From: Mobula hypostoma
Taxonomy: Eukaryota
Reading direction: 5' to 3'
Assembly (NCBI RefSeq): GCF_963921235.1
Contig: NC_086097.1
Coordinates: 174,966,001 to 175,030,000 of the forward strand
Length of the DNA stretch: 64,000 nucleotides
Below are positions 1-13,604 of the stretch, piece after piece. The stretch's first letter is position 1; each line of letters opens with the position of its first letter. Position numbers and translations under genes: made by a program. The notes under the pieces are model-generated. The model saw nothing but the letters and a program-made list of their open reading frames with translations. It was not told where the DNA came from and made no database searches.

Positions 1-850
1 CAAAACATTTGCTCCAATGACATAGCTGGATAAAATTTGATGACAAACAAAATTCTGATATTAGAAGGGGTGATAAAAAGACTGGTCAAAGATGCATGTT
101 TTAAAGATAACATAAGGAGAGAAGTGTAAATCTAGGTTTTCCTTAATAAATTCAAAAGTACTGCATTATCTTCCCTGATTATAATGAACATTTCAAAAGC
201 ACTCCATCTGAGATAACAGCTGAGGTTATTAGTACAGTTTGCGTGTGTGCCGCATGCATAGATGTGCAAAGGAAAAGTGAAAAGTCCTTTGTGGATTTCT
301 GCTGCAAAGCTGCCAGAAAAGCTGTGTGTAATGAAAAACACTTTACAAATATCCACATTTTGCTTTGCTGAAATTTTCCTGTGTTGCTATGGCAGAACCA
401 AAATATCATTCGGGGTATTTAAATTAAGTGCTCATGGCTGATTTTTTTTTAAGGGTTGCAAAATATTTAACCAAATAAAAAGTGGAAAAATCAGGGCAAG
501 GATATAAAGGAACACCACAACTTCAACAATTAAAATTACTAATGTCCTAAGCAGCTCATCTGGCAAAAAGCAACCAATTAAATATGGAATACATACACTA
601 AAACTGTGCGCTCTGCAGGGAAGTTTAACATCACGTTATGTGGATATTCTGACGCCAGTTTAGATCTATGCAACATGTTAATCGTTGCAAATTTCTTGTT
701 GCAAATACTGTTCTGCACCAAGATGGCCTTGCCAGGATTCAAACCTGGAACATCTGTATGAAGAACAGAGGCTCTCACTGAGCACAAGACCAGCAAAATG
801 TGCCTAAGTATTTGCTGTTACTGAGATCATAATAATCTAAGACCAAAGGA

Positions 851-3800
851 CAGAATCAGGTTTATTATCACCAGCATGTAACGTGAAATTTGTTAACTTA
901 GCAGCAGCAGTTCAATGCAATCCATAATCTAGCAGAGACACAAAAAAAAAGTAAATTAATTACATATATTGAATAGATTTTTTAAAATGTCCAAAAACAG
1001 AAATACTGTATATTAAAAAAAAGTGAGGTAGTGTCCAAAGATTCAATGTCCATTTAGGAATTGGATGGCAGAGGGGAAGAAGCTGTTCCTGAATCACTGA
1101 GTGCGTGCCTTCAGGTTTCTGTACCTCCTACCTGATGGTAACAGCGAGAAAAGGGCATGCCCTGGGTGCTGGAGGTCCTTAATAATGGATGGGGCCTTTA
1201 TGAGACACCGCTCCCTAAAGATGTCCTGAGTACTTTGTAAGCTAGTGCTCAAGATGGAGCTGACTAGATTTACAACCTTCTGCAGCTTCTTTTGGTCCTG
1301 TGAAGTAGCCCCTCCACACCAGACAGTGATGCAGCTTGTCAGAATTGTCTCCACAGTACAACTAAAGAAGTTTTTGAGTGTATTTGTTGACATGCAAAAT
1401 CGCTTCAAACTCCTAACAAAGTATAGCTGCTGTCTTGCCTTCTTTATAATTACTTCAATATTTTAGGACCAGGTTAGATCCTCAGAGATCTTGACACCTA
1501 GGAAATTGAAGCTGCTCACTCTCTCCACTTCCGTTCCCTCTATGAGGATTGGTATGTGTTCCTTCGTCTTATCCTTCCTGAAGTCCACAATCAGCTCTTT
1601 CGTCTTACTGAGTAGAGTGCCATGTTGTTGCTGTGGCACCATTCCACTAGTTGCATTATCTCACTCCCGTATGCCCTCTCGTCACCACCTGAGATTCTAC
1701 CAACAATAGTTATCAGCAAATTTATAGATGGTATTTGAGCTCTGCCTAGCCACATAGTCATATATAGAGAGTAGAACAGTGGGCTAAGCACACACCCGAG
1801 GTGCACCAGTGTTGATCGTCAGCTAGGAGGATATGTTATCACCAATCCGCAGATTGTGGTCTTCCAGTTAGGAAGTCGAGGATCCAACTGCAGAGGGAGG
1901 TATAGAGGCCCAGGTTCTGCAACTTCTCAATCGAGATTCTGGGAATGATGGTATTAAATGCTGAGCTACAGGCGATGAACAGCATCCTGACATAGGTGTG
2001 TGTTGACTAGGTGGTCTAAAGCCGTGTGGAGAGCCATTGAAGTTGCATCTGCAGTTGACCTATTGTGGCGATGGGCAAATTGCAATGGATACAGCTCCTT
2101 ATCCATTGACAATGAACTGGACTGGTCAAAGAATACTGAGGCTGTCTACAAGAAGGGTCAGAGCCATCTCTATTTCCTGAGGAGACTGAGGTCCTTTAAC
2201 ATCTGCCGGACGATGCTGAGGATGTTCTAAGAGTCTGTGGTGGGCAGTGCGATCATGTTTGCTGTTGTGTGCTGGGGCAGCGGGCTGAGGGTAGCAGACA
2301 CCAACAGAATCAACAAACTCACTCATAAGGCCAGTGATGTTGTGGGGATGGAACTAGACTCTCACTGTAGTGTCTGAAAAGAGGATGCTGTCTAAGTTGC
2401 ATGCCATCTTGGTCAATGTCTCCCATCCACTACATAATGTACTGGGTGGGCACAGGAGTACATTCAGCCAGAGACTCATTCCTCCGAGATGCAGCACAGA
2501 GCGTCATAGGAAGCCATTCCCGCCTGTGGCCATCAAATTTTACAACTCCAGAACCCTGAGTCGATAGGCTGGTCCTGGATTTACTTCATAATTTACTGGC
2601 ATAATTTACATATTACTATTTAACTATTTATGGTTCTATTACTATTTATTATTTATAGTGCAACTGTAACGAAAACCAATTTCCCTCGGGATCAATAAAG
2701 TATGACTATGACTTTGCTGAGGCAGGAGTTCAGTCTAGTCATGACCAATCTCTTAAAGCATTTCATCACTGTCGATGTGAGTGCTACCGGGCGATAGTCA
2801 TTAAGGCAGCCCACATTATTCTTCTTAGGCACTGGTATAATTGTTGCTTTTTTGAAGCAAGTGGGAACTTCTGCCCGTAGAAGTGAGAGGTTGAAAATGT
2901 CCTTGAATACTCCCGCTAGTTGGTTGGCACAGGTTTTCAGAGCCTTACCAGGTACTCCATCGGGACCTTCCACCTTGCGAGGGTTCACTCTCTTTAAAGA
3001 CAGCCTAACATCGGCTTCTGAGATGGAGATCAAAGGGTCATCAGGTGCAGCAGGGATCTTCACAACTGTAGTTGTGTTCTCCCTTTGAAAGCATGCATAG
3101 AAGGCATTGAGTTCATCTGGTAGTGAAGCATCGCTGCCATTCATGCTATTGGGTTTTGCTTTGTAGGAAGTAATGTCTTGCAGACCCTGCCAGAGTTGCT
3201 GTGCATCCAATGTCACCTTCAACCTCGCTCGAAATTGTCTCTTCACCCTTGAAATAGCCCTCCCCATATCATAACTGGTTTTCTGGTACAGGCCTGGGTC
3301 ACCAGACTTGAACGCCACAGATCTAGCCTTCAGCAGATGACACATCTCCTGGTTCATACACGGCTTTTGGTCTGGGAATATACAGCAAGTCTTTGTGGGC
3401 ACACATTCATCCACACAGGTTTTAATGAAGTTGGTAACAACTGCAGCATACTCATCCAGGTTCGAAGATGAATCCCTGAATACAGTCCAGTACACGATTC
3501 AAAGAAGAGCTGTAGGTACTCCTGTGCTTCCCTTGTCCATACCTTTTTGGTCCTCACTACTGGTGCTGCAGTCTTCAGTCTCTGCCTATACTCAGGGAGT
3601 AGAAGTACAGCTAAATGATCAGACTTCCCGTAGTGAGGGCATGGAACAGCACGGTAGGCATTCTTGATGGTGGTGTAGCAATGGTCCAGTGTGTTGTTTC
3701 CTCTGGTATTGCAAGTGATCTGTTGATGATATTTGCTTAGTGATTTTTTCAGATTGTCCTGGTTAAAATCTACCAAAATGATGGTGATGGTGTTAGGGTG

Positions 3801-4530
3801 CGCTGTTTCGTGCATGTTGATCCCACTACTAAGGTCATCTAAAGCCTGCTTGACATTGGCCTGAGGTGGAATGTAAACTGCTACCAAAGTGACCCCAGAG
3901 AACTCCCGTGGTAGGTAAAAAGGATGGCACTTTACTGCTAGACATTCCAGGTCTGGTGAGCAGAATTGGGACAGCACTGATATATTTGTGCACCAAGAAG
4001 AGTTGATCATGAGGCATACTCCTCCACCTCGCTTTTGAGAGACTCTATAGATCTATCCTAACAGTGTATAGTAAACCTGTCTATCTGGATCACTGCATCC
4101 GGTACGGAAGGGATTAACCAGGATTCTGTGAAACAAAGGACACACACAGTCCTAATGTCCCTCTAATTCAGCACCCTAGCTCTGAGATCATTGATTTTAT
4201 TCACTAGAAACTGCACGTTCGCCAGTAAGATAGTCGGTATAGGGAGTTTAAAACCCCGTTTCCTTAAACACACTTGTAACCCCGATCTGCACCCGCACTT
4301 CCTGTGAGGGCGCTTCCGACCACAATCGGTGTTGTTTCCGTCGGTTTTAAGCAGCGATGAATCGTTTGAATGCAGTAAGACATCTTTGTTAACTGTGCTG
4401 ACCTTGGAAGCAGATGTGAATTTTAGCTCTATCAGGTTGAAACAGGAATATTTAATCATATCCATTGAGAGTACTGCTGCTACTTGAGTTGCGCCTAGGC
4501 GCCCCGGAAGTAAAAACGTGAGTAAAAAGC
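851..4530 (-). mobile_element. Near-full-length degenerate Rex1/Babar-like non-LTR retrotransposon (APE endonuclease + RT), interrupted by an insertion at 2101-2713
   Basis: ORF pieces LANVQ..NK (EN), [30 protein letters not shown] and CVLSP. 3' tail aataaacctgattctg at about 851. Family name is from recognised motifs only. Confidence 0.85.
2101..2713 (+). mobile_element. 5'-truncated Rex1-like LINE 3' end nested in the previous element
   Basis: KKGQSHLYFLRRLRSFNIC..ML and SHPLH peptides, ending aataaag(tatgac)n. The host sequence resumes at 2714 exactly as in the uninterrupted copy near 14935-14960. Confidence 0.85.
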
Positions 4531-5469
4531 ACATTTACGTAATGCTTTTAGCATTTCTCCAAGTAGCAACTTCCCAAACTAATTCGACATACAAGCATAT
4601 GAACATCACTGGCAGCAAATGACTAGTCTAACTACCCATCTCAAACAAACCTGGAAACCTACCCATGTACAATGTGAGTTCCACTATAGCCAGAAACTTC
4701 ACATTGTCTCTTTAAGGAGTATCGCAAACTATCACTCGTTGCCTGAGCCGGCAGGCAACAGTCTCTGTGAAGTCTGGCTTGGCATCTAACCAAGTTCAGC
4801 ATTTGTAAAGCTTCTAAGCTTGATTCCTGATATTCCTTCAAATATTTTGTTTAAATAGCTGATCTGCAGAAATGTAACCTCATTTCCATTATTATAAATC
4901 TTGAACATGTTGCTCCAAGTCTAAGCTCCTCTAAACTTAAAAGAACCTAACTTGTTGACCCTGAGAGGAAATGGTCGCAGATACAATTACAACATTTGAG
5001 AGACACTAGTATAGATACATGGAGGTGAGGGGCTTGAAGTGTTCTGTGCTGGATGCTGACAATTGGGACTAGCAGGGAGGATACTGTAATTGGCATGGAT
5101 CAGTTCGGCCATTTCCATGCTGCATAACTCTTTGATTCCTCCTGGGTCACTAAACTAATCTCATGCCCTGCCATTCACAGAATCATTGACGTATTCAGCT
5201 TGAAGCAGGTCATTCAATCATACTAACCAGTGGGCACCCATTGAAAGCTGGAAGTGATCCTATCTTCCAGCATTTGGCTCATACTCTTCCATGCACAAAT
5301 GATATATATGTTCGTTTCTTAAACGTTGTCGCGACCCAACCTGAACCACTCTCTCAGACAATGCATTCCAGGTACTCTCACCCCTCTGTGTGTAAAGGGC
5401 CCTGTGTAGATTCCATCTAAATCTTTTACCCCTTCCAGAAATCCATGTCTTCTAGTTTCATTTCACATG

Positions 5470-8450
5470 GAACATCGAACATTACAGCACAAGATCAGAC
5501 CCTTGTGCCCACAAATGTTATGCCGAACCACCTAAAAAGCAAAATGAAAACACCCAAACCCTAATCCCTCCTACCTAAACAATATCCATAATCCCTCCAC
5601 CTTCCTCACATTCATGTGCCTATCTGAATATCTCTTAAAAGCCTCTAATGTATTTGCCTCCATTACTCTGAGTAAAAAACTTGTCCCTCACGTCCCCTTT
5701 GAACCTACCCTCTCTCACCTTTAATGCATGCCCTATGGTATTAGACATTTCCATCCTGGGAAACAGACACCCCCTGTCTTCTCTATCTATGCCTCTCATA
5801 ATCTTATCAATCTCTATCAGATCGCCCCCTCTACCTCTGCAAGTCCAAAGAAATAACCCAAGTTTATCCAGCCTCTCATGATAGCACATGCCCTCTAAAC
5901 AGGCAGGATCCTGGTAAACCTCTTCTGCACCCTCTCCACAAAGCCTCAACATCCTTTCTATAATGAGGCGACCAGAACTGTATGTATTACTCCACATATG
6001 GCATAACCAGAGTTCTATAAAGTTGCACATAACCTCTTGACTTTTGAACTCAATGCTTCGACTAAGAGAAGCAAGCATTCCATAAGCCTTCTTAACCACC
6101 TTAATGACCTGTGCAGCCACTTTCAAGAAGCTATGAACTTGGATTCCAAGGTCTCTCTGCTCAGCAACACTGTTAAGGATCTTGCCCTCAACAGTGTACT
6201 GTCTCCTTGCATTTGCCCTACCAAGGTGCAACACCTCACATTTATTTGGTTTAAGCTCCATCCACCATTTCTCTTCCTATATCTGCAACAGATCTACATT
6301 GTGCTAATTTCTTTGCCAGTTTTCTACACTATCCACAACTCCACCAATCTTGATATCATCCACAAACTTATTAACCCACACATCTACATTTTCATCATTT
6401 ATATACATCACAAACGGGAGAGGTCCCAGCATAGATCCTTGTGGAACACCACTAATTACAAACCTCCAGTCTGAACAAGTCCCTTCAACCACTACCCTCT
6501 GTCTTCTACGTGCAAGCCAGTTCTGAATCCAAACAGCCAATCCACCATGGACCTCAAGCATCTTAATCTTCTGGATTAGCTTCCTATGAGGGACTTCATC
6601 AAATGCCTTAATAAAATCCATGTAAACAACATCCACTGCTCTACCCTCATCAATCTCTCTCATCACCACGTCAAAAAACTCAATCGAGTTGGTAAGACAC
6701 GACCTGCTCCACACAAAGCCGTGCTGGTTCTCTCTAATAAGGCCATGGGTTTTCAAATATTCGTATATCCTATCCCTAAGAATTTTCTTCACCAATTTCC
6801 CCACACCTGACGTGAGACTCACTGGCCCATAGTTCCCAGGATTTTCCCTAGTTCCCTTCTTAGAGGCACAAAATTAGACACTCACTAGCCCCCGGGACTT
6901 CGCCTGTGCCTAGAGAAAACACAATGATACTAGTCAAAAGAATCTCATCTTTTGCCTCCTTCATTAACTTGGGGTAAATCCCATTAGGCCCGGGAGACTT
7001 AACAGCTTAATACTCATTAGGAGAGCGAACACTTCCTCCTCCTTGACTTCTAAACACCCTAAAGTATTTATACACTCATCACCGATCTCCTGGTCTTCCA
7101 CATCCTTTTCCTTGGTAAATACTGATGCAAGTACTCAGTAAGTATCTCACACACATTCTCTGCATCTAAGCAAATCTCTCTCACTTTATCTTTCAGTGGT
7201 CCTGCCCTCTCCCTAGTTTCCTTCTTGCTTTTGACATATGTATAGAATGCCTTGGTATTCACCTTAATCCTATTTGCCGAGAATTTTTCCTGGCCCCTCC
7301 TGGCTTTCCTAATTCCCTTCTTTAGTTCTTTTTTGGGTTCTTTATACTCCTCATGTGCTTTGTTTGATCCTTACATACTTATCCTTTTCCTTCTTGACTA
7401 AATTCATCACCTCTCTGGACAGCCAAGGTTCTCTTATCTTTCCATCTCTGTCCTTTCTTCTAACAACAACATTCCTTTCCTGCACTCTGTCCCAGTGGCT
7501 ATTAGAGGGTCTGTAGTACAATCCCATCAGTGTGATTGCAGCGTTCCTGTTCCCGAGTTCCACCCAAATGGACTTGGTGTCTGAACCTTCCATTATGTCT
7601 CCTGTGAGTGCAGCTGTGATACTGTTCCTGATTAGTAGAGCAACTCTTCCCCCCCACCTTCCTTTTACCTCCTTTTCTATCTTTCCTAATGCTTTGAAAA
7701 CCTGGTACATTAATCACCATTCCTGTCCCTTGCTCAGCGTTTCAGTGATAGTCACAAAATCATAGTTCCATGTACTGACTGAAGATCTGTGCTCTAAGTC
7801 CATCACCTTTACCCATAATACTCCTAGCATTAAAATATACACACTTCAAACTATCTGACCCATTATCCCTGTTATTTTGATTATTATACCTGTTATTTTG
7901 ATTTTGCCTTTCCATGCTTTCCCTGGCATCTACCTTCCAGTCCGATCCTTCTCTTACTGACACAGTGCTCCAGTTCCCAGCCCCTACAAAACTAGTTTAA
8001 ACTCTCCTGAGTAGCATTAGCAAAGCCTCCTGGCCAGGATATTGGTTCCCTCCAGTTCAGGTGTAACCCATCCCTCTTATACAGGGATTCCCCTTCCCTA
8101 GAAAAGGTTCCAATGATCCAAGAACTTGAAACCCTGTCCCCTGCACCATCTCCTCAGCCACTCATTCATCTGTGTTATCACCCCATTCCTACCTGCACTA
8201 GCCTGTGGTAATGGGAGTAACCCAGAGGTTACTACCTTGGAGGTCTTTCTCTTCGGTCTCTTTCCTAACTCTATACACTCACTGTATAGCAACTCTTCCC
8301 CTTTTCTGCTTATGTATTTACCACGACCTCTGGCCATTTACCCTCCCCCTTGAGAATATCCTGCAGCAGCTCCAATACATCCTGGACCCTAGCAGCCAGG
8401 AGGCAACACACCACCCTGGTGTCTCTTTTCTGGCCACAGAACCTCTTTTC
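5470..8450 (-). mobile_element. Degenerate CR1-clade LINE (ORF1 esterase remnant + EN/RT ORF2)
   Basis: WCRGQGFKFLDHW (ORF1), YFNARSI and GGRVALL (EN), QHGF..SCLTN, DFIKAFD, SGVPQGS.LGP, FVDDIK and KCEVLHLGR. Confidence 0.9.
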
Positions 8451-9923
8451 TGTCCCCCTTAACTATCAAGTCCCCTATAACTACTATGGGGAAGTTTCCT
8501 GTAGTGTACCCTATCTAGCCCTCAGAAATTTTATTTACATCAGTCATGTCCCTCTTAACAATCTCCACCCCAGGAGAACAGAACCAGCATCTCCAGTCTC
8601 TCCTTCTGGGTGAGCTGCTCCATCTAAGGAGACATTCTGATGAATTCCTATGTACCCTCGCCAACACCTTCACATCCTCCACTCCCCTCTCTGAAACCAT
8701 TCCAAAGCCTCACAATAACTTTTTTGCTGAATCTGCCACATCCATCTATTAAAGATCACTCCTCAATTTAAAATAACCTTGTAAAATTAATTTTATTCAT
8801 TTGTTTGTGATGTTTTTCCATGTTTATAAGATTATGAAAGGCATAGACAGACAGCTGGTATCTTTCCTTCAGAGTCAAAATGTCTGAGACTAGAAGACAT
8901 GCATTCCAAGTCATCATCTTGTATGTTTCTGTCAAGTCTCCTCTCACGTCTCTGAAATAGCAGAAATACGGCTAGCCTGAACAACCTTTCCTCAATAAGT
9001 CTAGTAAAACTTTGTTTGTGCTCATATTTACTTGCTGCACATTCATATTAGCCTTCTCACCACTGAAATAATATTTTTCTTTACTTCTTCTGCCAAACTG
9101 GATAATTTCACATTTTCCTGCATTATATTTAGTTGATAAATCTTCACCCACTTATTAACATACTTCCACTCCACCATCAAATTTCTAACAATCCATGAAT
9201 ACTAACTTGTTATTCCTTCTTTATGCATTATTTGTTTTTATAAGTTATGGTAATTTTATGTCTGCTGCTATAAATTAACACATTTTGCATCATTTACTGT
9301 ATAGCAGTGATAACAAATTGGATTCTTATCTGTGTTCTTTTGTAGCCTCCTACCTTTGTGAAATCAGCGAATTCAACAACTAGAACTGGTAACCCAATTA
9401 CTTCCATTCTAAACAAAACTAGAGTAGTTGTTGTTGTCATCACTAAACAGCCATGACTTTGTGTAATGAACAGCTGACTTTTCCAAACAAAACTAATATG
9501 TGCTTTAGCTAAGGGTGAAAGGGAAGAATTGAATTTTAAAAATTCTGTTGAAAGCATTGATTTATGTCGTGCTAATCAATGGATAAAGCACCTCACAAAA
9601 CCATTCTTGCAATGGTCTTCATTTCTTTGAAAGATTGAATAGAGAAATTCCATGAAACACATACTTCTAATTTTTTTTATCTAACCAATGGAAGAAAGCA
9701 AATATATACACTATGCAAAATAAGCATGTTCACCACTGACCCGATCACCATAACCATCTATTCCTATCTCTCTAGTATTTACCCAGCTTCCCTCAGATAA
9801 ATCCATGTAGAAGTCTTTTCTATTCCTTGTGGAAATGAATTTCACAGTTGTTATAATGACTGAAAACTGAAAAGTATTCTGAATGACTTGAGATTTGCTC
9901 TGCGGTGTTACCATGGGTGCTAC

Positions 9924-10043
9924 CTTTAAACTTTGATGGGTCAGGCAGTGCTGTGGTTCTTTTCTCGGGTATGTTTAGTCGAGGATCCCTCACAGTAAGT
10001 CCAAGTACAGACCCTGCTGAAATTTCTGCTGGTGAAGTAATAC
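9924..10043 (-). CDS. POP1: POP1 exon 11: (G)[39 protein letters not shown]
   Basis: ITSPAEI.AG.VLGLTV.DPR.N motif. ttttaag acceptor, gtagca donor, 120 nt, phase 1-1. Later exons were not found, so they presumably lie left of the window. Confidence 0.93.
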
Positions 10044-10259
10044 CTTAAAAACATAAAAAAAAGCACAAAATCGTGGAAGCACTGGTTACTGACAAGAATC
10101 ACGTTACAGAATAGTGGTAGGAAAGAAGTTGATGCCCTCAGACGTAACTTAGAAATTTTCAAGGTGACAATCAGATAACCTAAAAGATTTCATGTTCAAT
10201 TAACACCGAGAGATACAAGTCCAAAAAGAGTAAAATCTAAAGATGCCAATAGCTAGGTT

Positions 10260-11870
10260 CAGTGCCTGTGAAAAGTATTCACCCCACCTTCCCCCCACCC
10301 CCCCGGAGGTTTTCAGTTTTATTGTTTTATAACATTGAGTCACAGTGGATTTAATTTGGCTTTTTTGACCAGTCAATAGAAAAATATTCTTTCGTGTCAA
10401 AGTGAAAACAGATCTCTACAAAGTGATCTAAATTAATTACAAATATAAAACACAAAATACTTGATTGCAGAAGTATTCACTCCCTTTTATTATGACACTA
10501 AATCATCACATGAACAGACAATTGGTTTTAGAATTAGTTAACTTGAGACCTGTTTTTGGAGACCTGTGTGCAGTCAAGATGTTTAAACTGACTGTTGTAA
10601 AAATACACCTATATCTGGAAGGTCCCAGAGCTGGTAAGTCAGTATCCTAGCAAAATCTGCACCACGAAGACAAAAGAACACACCAAGCAACTCCACAAAA
10701 AGGTTATTGAAAAGTATGAGTCAGGAGATGGATACAGGAAAAATTTCAAGTCACTGAATATCCCTCGGAGTACAGTTAATTCAATCATCAAGGAAAGGAG
10801 ATGGCATAACTGTACATCTGTCTAGAACAGTCCATTCTCAAAAACTGGGTGACTGTGCAAGAAGGGGACTAGTGAGGGAGGCCACAAAGAGACCTATGAC
10901 AACTGTGGAGGAGGTACAAGCTTCAGTGGCTGAGATAGGAGAGACTGTGCAGACAACAACTGTTGCCCAGGTGCTTCACCAGTCACAGCTTCATGGGAGA
11001 GTGGCAAAGAGGAAGCCAGTATTGAAAAAGACTCACATAAAATCTTGGCCGGAGTTTACCAGAAGGCACATGGAAGACTCTGAAGTCAACTGGAAGAAGG
11101 TTCTACGGTCTGATGAGACCAAAATTTTTGGCTATCAGACCAAATGCTACGTTTGGCATAAGCCAAACACCACACACCATCGAAGCGTAGTGGTGGCTGT
11201 ATCATGCTGTGGAATGTTTCACTGCAGCAGACCTTGAAAGGCTTGTGAAGGTAGAGAGTAAAATGAATACAGCAAAATACAGGGAAATCATGGAGGAAAA
11301 CCTGATGCAGTCTGCAAGAGAACTGCAACTTGGGAAAAGATTTGTTTTCCAGCAGGACAATGACCCCAAGTATAAAGCCAAAGCTACACAGGATGGGCTT
11401 AAAAACAACAAAGTTTATGTCCTGGAATGGCCAAGTCAGAGTTCAGACCTCAATCCAATTGAGAATTTGTAGCTGTACTTGAAAAGGGCTGTACATTCAT
11501 GATCCCCATGGAATCTAACAGAGCTTGAGCAGTTTGGTAAAGAAGAATGGGAAAAAATTGCAGTGTCCAGATGTGCAAAGCTGATAGAGACGTATCCATA
11601 CAGACTCAAGGCTGTAATTGTCGTCAAAGGTGCATCTACTAAATACTGACATGAAGGGGGTGAATACTGATGCAATCAATGATTTTGTGTTTTACATTTG
11701 TAATTAATTTAGATCACTTTGTAGAGATCTGCTTTTACTTTGACACGAAAGAGTCTTTTTCTATTGATCAGTATCAAAAAAAGCCAAATTAAATCCAATG
11801 TGATTCAATGCTGTAAAACAATAAAGCATAAAAACTTCCAACAGGCGGTGAATACTTTTTAGAGGCACTG
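10260..11870 (+). mobile_element. Tc1/mariner IR-DR-type DNA transposon with pseudogenised transposase (about 10664-11649)
   Basis: Inverted termini of about 230 bp (cagtgcctgtgaaaagtattcacc ... ggtgaatactttttagaggcactg). SDETKI, FQQDNDPK and SSDLNPIENL motifs. Start codon reads ACG, with frameshifts and stops downstream. Confidence 0.95.
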
Positions 11871-12091
11871 CATGTAACTATAAATACAATGATTTGCTTC
11901 AGTGATATTATTACCTTGCCTTTTGTTATAAACTAGCCTAACAACTTTTTGATGCAAAGCCTAGAATCATATTCTAATTTTAATGTTAAATTAGCAAGAA
12001 GATGCTCACTAGCAGCAAAGACAAACTCAAATCTAAAATTATCATTGCCTAATTCACACAAATGTCACTGGCTTGATGCTAAGTCACCCAC

Positions 12092-12215
12092 CAGAAAGTA
12101 ATTGAAGGAAATCCCCTTGACGATTATGAAGAGCCACATCCTCAGAATTCCTGCAATATTGTGACCACCAGCAGGGCAAAGCTCTTGTTTCTGTCGCTTC
12201 TGTCACTTCAGAGTT
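12092..12215 (-). CDS. POP1: POP1 exon 10: NSEVTEATETRALPCWWSQYCRNSEDVALHNRQGDFLQLLS(G)
   Basis: Translated by hand. WW...C....V.LH.RQ pattern, ccttag acceptor, gtgggt donor, 124 nt, phase 0-1, which fits both neighbouring exons. Confidence 0.87.
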
Positions 12216-12522
12216 CTAAGGACAGTTTCAAGACAAGATCATTTTAGTTAATGAAAACAAAACAGTAACACGAGTATAGCAAACAATACCAGAAGAACAA
12301 ACTATTAGAAGTAGTCCCAAATAAAATTTCACAGTGACAACCATCATGCCTACTTCAAGAAAAATAACATATCTTTTATCACATCAGCTGCTCCCCTAAA
12401 CATTACAAAATGTTGCAAGGTACCTCTAAAGAACATTACCAAACAATATTTGACAACTAACCACAAAAGTTATTAGAATATGTGCAAAGCAATGTCTTAA
12501 AGCAGAAAAAAAAGAGGGGTAT

Positions 12523-12902
12523 TGTATCCAGAGAGCCGTGCCTGACATGGCTCAGCACTGCCCTCTATCTGGTCAGAAGGCACACAACATGCCGGTCAAC
12601 ATTTCACCCCTCTCAACTAATCAATGCACACTTAACCATTGGCCACCTTAATTGGATTAACCTGTCTAGCACCAAGCCGTTGGCCCCCTGGTGAATCACC
12701 TGGGCTGGACCCTCCAGCCCCCTGACCTATAAAGGATGCTACATGTGCTTGGCTCACTATTCTAAGCACGTTTGTGCGAATATTGTAGCCACTTGTGTTG
12801 TCCCAAAGCACTTCTCCCCTTGTAAATAAACTTATTGTTGAAACTGTGTGTCCAGATTCCTTGCCTGAGACCCAAAGAATCTGTCTCATTTCCAACACAA
12901 CA
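12523..12902 (+). mobile_element. Solo LTR (380 bp) with 5-bp TSD
   Basis: TGT...ACA ends flanked by ggtat at 12518-12522 and 12903-12907. Internal TATAAA near 12728 and AATAAA near 12825. Confidence 0.85.
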
Positions 12903-13604
12903 GGTATGAAAAGAAATTCTGGAGTTTTGCTGCAGTAATTCAATTCATGAACACAAGTAGAAGTGATGAGATCCTGTAAGTTAATTTTTATTAGTTTAAA
13001 ACAGATTAAGTAGCACTTCAACAGATAGTGGTGAAAAAAAAGGGTAAAATTTTAAAAATTAAGTTGTTGTTTAACTGGGGAAAGTGCAACCTAGCAAGTA
13101 CATAGGGACAACAGGCAAGAGAAAAGCAAGGACAAGAGAATTTTTCCAGTTATCTTCCCTCCAGTATTAGTCCTAATGCAAGGGCTTGACTAAAAGCATC
13201 AATTTCTCATTTTCTACCCCTTACACAATCCCCACCTCCACCACCACACAAATACACTATAGATGCAGTTCCACCTGCAAAGCTCCCCCAGCAACAGTTT
13301 GCTTTTTTGCTTTGGATTCCAGCATCTGCAATTTCTTGTATCTACATACAAATGGAAATTGTCAATTCTCTCACACAATGCAGTGAGGATAGCATTTAAT
13401 ATTAAAGGAAGAAAGATCATCAAATCTCACAGATAGTGAGAGAACCAAAAGATTCATGAGGAAATCAGTTTTACACAGCAAGTGTTTAGGATCTGAAGTG
13501 CTCTTCTCTGGAGTCAGATTCAATTGCACTACTCTAAAGGAATCTGGTTAAGTAGGTGAGGAAAGAATATGCAAGTCCTTTGGAGAAAGCAAGAAGCTGG
13601 TACT

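Noticed and set aside
1..9900. Next POP1 exon (expected HSFIW/SVTENK-like content)
   Set aside because: No convincing match with splice sites was found. The ISFVWK in ORF 9294..9557 lacks the surrounding motif. The exon is probably left of the window, though a divergent one could have been missed by eye.
12084..12092. Alternative exon 10 donor (GG|gtgact, exon end 12088)
   Set aside because: It gives phase 2, which is incompatible with the phase-1 start of exon 11, so 12092 was used.
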